11,611 nt of DNA from a bacterium. GTDB taxonomy: Bacteria; SAR324; NAC60-12. Positions 1 through 11,611 of the stretch are shown here, piece after piece. The notes below the pieces were generated by a model. It was not told where the DNA came from. It searched no databases and saw only the letters and a program-made list of their open reading frames with translations. Position numbers and translations under genes: made by a program. Each line of letters begins with the position of its first letter. The stretch's first letter is position 1. The stretch covers positions 1 to 11,611 of the forward strand of contig CBDDTI010000631.1 in NCBI GenBank assembly GCA_965233585.1, read 5' to 3'.

Positions 1-734
1 AAAACCTTAAAATTATAAATGAATGAAAGAACTATAATTGCTGGTATGTCATATCCTAGATTAATCTAATCAGAAAATAATTGTTACATCCATCACTACA
101 TCCAAGTTACATGCGGGCGGTCAGGGTCGAAGTGCTTTTAAATAATTGCTTGCTTCACATCATTTTTCCTTTCTGTGGGAAACACATTTGATGCGCCACA
201 TGAACAAAACTCTAGCAAAAATGGATTATTCACTATAGAAATGCTTTGCTATTATTTCAATACTAGGTATGTGGCATCATTTTATAGAAATGAATCAGCT
301 GTTCAGTGACACGCTGGGTGATGTTAGATTTCATAAAATTTCACACTGATTCATCACCGCTGAAATATGTTACTTGCCTATGACCAGCTGCTAGCTCAAT
401 TTGTATGTTGTCAGACTTAAACAAAGGAAAATTTCTGCCCTCAGTCAAAAGGTCTGGCGTTAAACCGGTAACATCTCACCAATCCGGAGGCTTGATTATG
501 GCGCTAGTCGCCAACATGTTTTAAATGTTTTTGCAAATTCAGCAAAGAAGGTAATGAGAACCAAGTACCGGATGTTCTTGAAAGATAATTTAGAGTATCA
601 AATCATCCCAAGGACACTCAAATTAGCGAAAATTCATGAATGTATAAATGATATTTTTTATGTTGAGACTGGACTGCAACCTTGAATGTAAAATTAAATA
701 AACATCTCTGAATGGATTGAAAAATTATCTTATA

Positions 735-911
735 TTTAAGCAATAGAGCACTTTTTCCGTGTTTATATAGCTTCATCTAAACACGAGGAGGGTTGGGAGA
801 ATTCTCCAAAATACGCGCAAATGTGAAACGTCACAACCGTGTTTACAAACTCTCATCTAAACACAGCTATCGACCAATAGGAGCGCGCGTAGTGGCTCAG
901 TTATTTATAAA
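735..911 (+). repeat. Internally deleted interspersed repeat, probably another hairpin-type element (H4)
   Basis: 28-bp direct repeats CCGTGTTTA-N7-TCATCTAAACAC at 757-784 and 837-864, then CCAAT (874-878), GCGCGCG and TTATAAA near 905-911, like the B' ends of H1 and H3. No complete hairpin remains. Confidence 0.5.
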
Positions 912-1006
912 TTACTCTATTGGGCACATGAAAATAGCCCCTTTGACTAAAACACATACATATTACTTCGCTTAGTTTGACTCAAGTGCATGCACTTGAA
1001 AATCTC

Positions 1007-1695
1007 GGGCGTTTTCCAGTTACAAAAAAACCCGGAAAATTTCCATTGGGAATTTCCATTTGGGAAGAGTGCGTTCCATTTGTCACAGTCCCATTCGTTC
1101 GCAGGCCCTTCTATGTCGCTTAGATGCCTTTAGTAAACTGTTCTACTATTTTCTCGAACAAGTCTTTCTTAGTCCCTTTTCCGCGAAACAAGTACTTATT
1201 ATCGGCATATGTGGTTATGAAAAGACTGACATCTGTATCCTTCCATCTTTCTAGGTTTACAGGAGTAGAAACTTCACCTGTGAACAAAGAATTACAAAAG
1301 AACTTTCCAGAGTTGTTCATGCAACATCTTAAACGGAAAAAGAGCAACAAAGAGCAACAAAGCAATAGCAACCACAAAAAGGAACAAACAACATCTTCTA
1401 TATTCCTCTAGAATGGCTCAAAGACGCAGGGCTTGAGCTAACAAACTTAGTAAATGCATTTCCGCGTGAATTTGTCCAATGTTTAAAGGAGCAAAGAAAT
1501 GACCTGGTTGAAACTTGAAACAGCAGGTGGTTTGTAATTTGCAGAAGAGCACTTGCTGTCGGATGAATGAAAAGCGATAGTTTAGGCTTTTTATGGAAAT
1601 GAAATCCAAGAAAATTGTAAACTTGTATCGGTCTGTTCAGAATCAGAATTGTAGGACAGCTGTTCATCGCTTTCAGTTGGCTGCAATTTTTCATT
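1007..1695. repeat. Probable one-ended fragment of a non-autonomous DNA transposon
   Basis: Begins GGGCGTTTTCCA with subterminal repeats AATTTCCATT(T)GGGA twice (1038-1065). No matching right TIR was found and the right boundary is a guess. Confidence 0.35.
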
Positions 1696-3419
1696 AGTCG
1701 GGTGCGTTCTCAAGTGTGGTGTAGACCATACCTGGTGGCGCACTTCGGCTTCTTTGATCTGGGAAAGTTTCCGTGGTCACTAAGTAAGGTCCAAGTAAGT
1801 ACAGTTTCCCCCTTCACACTCAAAGGACAGGTTCCAAGTCAATGTACTTAGATTATACTTTCAAGTTCTAGTGTGAAGCGAAGTATTATTACACAAGTAA
1901 ATATTATCTCTAAATCTGTCGCTTTTATACACTTACGACTAAAACGGAAAGCACACCTTCGAATGGGAGTTATTAACGTTTGAAAAGGCCCAATTTACGC
2001 CGTTTAAAATACTCTATCCTTCATCTAACTTTGTTTTGAAAAACGTCAAGTACAAGGAGAATTGTAAAAAGTAAGTATTTTGCATTTTGACAGAAATGTT
2101 TGTCATGTTGCTAAGAGATGTGACAGTTTCGTGTTCCTCAGGTCGAGAGCTGGACATAATTTCGAGTTTACATTGAGGCCTGTGAAGAGTTAGGACCATA
2201 TCAAGTCTGGGCTAGCGTATTGGGTAAATAGACTTAAGTTGGTGTAATTTATTTCCCTTTTGTTTCTTTGTCTTTGTACGTTATATATACGTTTTGTTCC
2301 TCATGTATTACACAAAGCTGTACTGGCCTGAACTTACTTAATTCATTTGTTAAATATGAAAAGTGCTTGAAGGGATTCCAAGTGGAGCAGTGATGCATCT
2401 CGTGGTTAGTTACGGTTCTTTCTAAGCTGGCAAACCTTTAATCAGCTTAATTAAAAGCTTTACGAACACGCCGGGGTTTTAAAGGAGTAAAAAAGCCTCC
2501 GGTGTAATACAGTACTGTTGAAAAGTAATGCAAACAAACTTCGACAAATTCATTCGAAAATCAGGACGATATTTCGACGGAAGCAGACTTTCTGGGTTAT
2601 CTAAAGATGCAGTAAGAAGAATCAAGGGAAACTGGTTTAAATTTACGAAAAATACGTTTTTTGTTTACAGGGTATTAATTGTGTTTTTTTTTGTCTGCAA
2701 ACCTCAATTCGTTGCGGCATTTGTTTACTCACACTTCGATGGACACATAATTGTCCTTATTAGAATTTTTTTGTTCCGTGTCATTATCCAATTTAAGTGT
2801 CCACTGCTATTCTTTAATGAAATGATTTGTTGAACATGCTCTTTCCCCAAATTTAATCCTATTCCACGCTAGAGACCGACATGTTTTTCGAGGTGTCCAT
2901 TATTACCTTTAAACAAACTAAAGAAAACACTAATAATATATGCTAATTGCGCTTTTAAGTTCGGCACTTTAGAAATTAACAGTTGCATTATTCAGATAAA
3001 TACTGTACTTTAGAGTTGGATTGTTTAGATTAATTCTATACTTGGGTAATACACGTGGTAAACTGTAACTCGTTGCTGATAATGAAAGAATTAAATACTC
3101 GATCGGAAAAATAGAATTAAATATTCAGTGAATCTCCAACTGATCACCCAGGTTAAAAATTCAAAATACACGTTAAGAAGTTCGCCAGTTGTCAGTGTAT
3201 TTTACAGTCGATCAGTTTCCTATCAGTCGCCTGAATTAAAGTTGCGACTTTAGTAATTTATCTATTGAGATCAGTAGATAAAAAGAAAACTGGCAGATTT
3301 TAGTGTGTCAAGTTGGACATTCCGATCACGGACCACATTGTTCCTAAGCATCTTACTCTCCAGTTGTCTTTTAATACTTTCGTCGTTTAAAGGGTTTTGC
3401 TCTTAACAAATACTCTTTT

Positions 3420-3526
3420 GGTATCGCAGAGGTCATGGCTTCGAATCCCGTTCAGGCCTGAATTTTTTTCAGGCTTTCATTTTGCAACTGCTTAAGTTGT
3501 GTAACTGCGATGATCAATTATGTCTT
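3420..3526 (+). repeat. Diverged fragment of a related tRNA-like repeat subfamily
   Basis: GGTATCGCAGAGGTCATGGCTTCGAATCCCGTTCAGGCCTGAATTTTTTTCAGGCTTT...ACTGCGATGATCA aligns by eye to 9688-9792. Confidence 0.8.
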
Positions 3527-3677
3527 TAACAACAAGTGAGTTACATGTAGACCCCCCTCGTGTACGCGTTAAAACAATAATAAAAAAATATCCATATATG
3601 AGGTGATGCTGAAAACTACTCCTACTGGAGCTACTGGCACGTTGTTTACTTGAAAAGTTAAAAAAAAAACGTCTTAA

Positions 3678-3918
3678 GTCCCTGCCAAACGATCTGGGCA
3701 TTGACTTACTTAACTTAAACTCTTTCAGCCCATGAGGGGCATAGGTCCTTATGGTCAACATTGCTGGGGGCAAAATGTTGCGCGCGTTTGGCCACTCTGT
3801 TGTGACAAATTGAGACAAAATTTTGGATGTTGATGGCTCAAGTTTGACTGCAGCAGCGTCGCCGAACGCGCGCGACATTTGCCCCCAGCAATGCTGCGAT
3901 CGTTTCAGTGGCCGAGGC
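3678..3918. mobile_element. Degenerate palindromic MITE between TTAA sites
   Basis: TTAA-GTCCCTGCCAAACGATC ... GATCGTTT(cagt)GGCCGAGGC-TTAA. Inner inverted repeat at 3756-3792 / 3861-3896 (CATTGCTGGGGGCAAAATGTTGCGCGCGTTTGGC). Confidence 0.7.
3704..3750 (-). mobile_element. Very short LINE 3'-end fragment (RTE/L2-like) inserted in the MITE
   Basis: The minus strand reads GACCTATGCCCCTCATGGGCTGAAAGAGTTTAAGTTAAGTAAGT: a short stem-loop followed by a (TAAG)n-like tail. It interrupts the MITE palindrome. Confidence 0.5.
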
Positions 3919-4221
3919 TTAATGAGCTTTGCTTAAATATTGCCAACACAGTGTATATATCAGGCATGAGAAACGTTCCATTTTGGTTTTGAATCAACCA
4001 AGTAATTTCGGGATAGTGATATGAAGTTTCCCTAACCCCCAGTTTCTACAGATAATTGGTTTTGAATTGACATCTACGTTGGCTGCAGCCTAGGGAGGAA
4101 TTTTGAGAGAGTATATCAAACAACAGATTTGCAACTAAACTAGTTAGCACTAAGCTGAAACTCTCATATGAATTCCTGCCAGGTTTAGCGACTGAATATC
4201 TTGAAAATAAACAAAATAAAA

Positions 4222-4426
4222 GGGTGGATTTAAATATACGATTCGACTGAGCCCTAGAGCTACTTTTATTCTTTTAATTCCAAGCCTCCGCTGATCTGCG
4301 GCATCGTCAGGGAATGCAAAGAAAATATTCCCCAAAGATGCCGAAGATCGACGAGGAAAGTTTGGAATTAAACGAATAACAGCAGTACCTCATGGACTCA
4401 GCCGAATCGTCCATTTAAATCCACTC
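4222..4426. repeat. ~205-bp imperfect foldback (hairpin) upstream of the start codon
   Basis: GTGGATTTAAAT-ATACGATTCGACTGAG...TTTAATTCCAA...GATCTGCGGCATC...GGGAAT pairs with ATTCCC...GATGCCGAAGATC...TTGGAATTAAA...CTCAGCCGAATCGT-CCATTTAAATCCAC. Loop at 4316-4326. Confidence 0.85.
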
Positions 4427-4514
4427 AACGCTTGCTACTGAAGAAAGATTCAAAAGGATTTGATACTCTTGGTGAAAGAAGGTCTTTTTGGCTTTTACAG
4501 GAAAACAAGCAAGC

Positions 4515-10804
<6,290 letters not shown>

Positions 10805-10853
10805 AACTGGAGTGTATAGGCAATGGTGAGGTAGCATAATGCTGTGGTAAGCT

Positions 10854-10859
10854 AATAAA
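10854..10859 (+). terminator. Putative polyadenylation signal AATAAA
   Basis: Canonical hexamer 50 nt after the stop codon. Confidence 0.5.
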
Positions 10860-10903
10860 CTAAGAGAATTTCCATTGCTGCAATTTTCAAAAAAGGGTTT
10901 GAT

Positions 10904-11236
10904 AAGCACTTAATGACTGGCCTCAAGGGAAAACAGTTTCGAAGGGAAACAAAACTCACTGTTTCCCGCGGGCCAGTCATTAAGTGTTTTGTGATACCTC
11001 CCAACTCAAAACTAGAAAAAATTGCGAAGAACTCGTTTGCTTTACGCCGGCTGGCTCATAAATTTGTCGCGGTTTCAAGGAGCACGGCCTGATCACTTGC
11101 GAGTCGAAAGTTCAAGTTGTTTCCCTAGAGAGTTAGTGAGTTTTGTTCGCCCTAGGGAGCTAGCGAGTTTTGACCCACGGCACGTGACACGTTTTCCTCC
11201 AATCGGAAAACGTATTTGAGTTGGGAGGTATAACAA
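10904..11236 (+). mobile_element. Hairpin-type element, family H3 (A-loop-A'-B-core-B')
   Basis: A (10904-10922) / A' (10971-10989): CACTTAATGACTGGCC / GGCCAGTCATTAAGTG. B (10989-11010) / B' (11215-11236): ATACCTCCCAACTCAAA / TTTGAGTTGGGAGGTAT. CACGTG at 11181 and CCAATC at 11199-11204. Confidence 0.8.
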
Positions 11237-11320
11237 ATGTTGTTTATAGTGGTCAATGCGCTTAACTACACTTGGCTAGTTCTTAGGCATGCCACTTAAT
11301 CTTAAAGAAAGATACATTTC

Positions 11321-11440
11321 AAATAACCATAATGGACTTAAAAGTTCCAACTGAAGAAAGGCAGATCAGTTGGTTATTTACAAGCATGACAGAGGAGTTG
11401 ACCTAGGGTCTACCGAGAAACAGCCACAGCTTAGTGGTCC
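11321..11440 (-). mobile_element. Probable SINE body fragment lacking its tRNA head
   Basis: Resembles from memory a common cnidarian SINE body. Internal hairpin CCAACTG...CAGTTGG at 11347-11373. Confidence 0.5.
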
Positions 11441-11525
11441 CAGCGTGCGCATCCGAGCGCCTCCAGAGTTTAGTCAGGTACTCGACAGGTCGGTTGTCAA
11501 TAACAAGTCGTGTTACCTGCCTGAT

Positions 11526-11611
11526 AATATACATGAAAAAATTACTCGATTTTGATTGGCTGAGAACAGTGCAGTTTTTCCTTAACACAGTGCAGAAAAG
11601 AGGTAATTAAA
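11526..11611 (-). repeat. Probable B' end of a further hairpin-type element (H5), truncated by the window edge
   Basis: ATATACATG...GATTGGCTGAGA, with a reverse CCAAT at 11554-11559 about 28 bp from the apparent end. ACAGTGCAG occurs twice. Confidence 0.4.

Noticed and set aside
543..550. Possible 8-nt microexon (cag|CAAAGAAG|gtaatg)
   Set aside because: No supporting neighbouring exons, and such motifs arise by chance.
1060..1694. Cluster of short overlapping ORFs
   Set aside because: No recognisable domain, low complexity, and they lie within a probable repeat fragment.

Overview
AT-rich, repeat-dense eukaryotic DNA, probably from an anthozoan or stony coral. That assignment is inferred from the style of the repeat families and is not verified. 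One spliced protein-coding gene lies on the + strand: exons 4515-4614, 5932-6000, 6798-7117, 9815-10027 and 10475-10804 (1032 nt, 343 aa, all GT-AG and phase-compatible). It encodes a type II membrane, TPST-like/Sulfotransfer_3 sulfotransferase with an atypical PAPS loop (RSRHT). Much of the remaining sequence is small non-autonomous mobile DNA. Three things stand out. (1) A ~725-bp insertion of more-than-unit-length, circularly permuted ~255-bp tRNA-like repeats in two divergent arms. Its 14-bp target duplication copies the exon-4 splice acceptor (AG|GT). (2) Several sequence-unrelated elements share one architecture: terminal hairpin A-loop-A', then B-core-B' with a CCAAT box near the B' end. 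Three of them form a nest in intron 3. (3) A ~200-bp foldback just upstream of the start codon. A TTAA-flanked Kolobok-like MITE, other MITE fragments and SINEs are also present. Nearly all entries in the ORF track are spurious or exon fragments.
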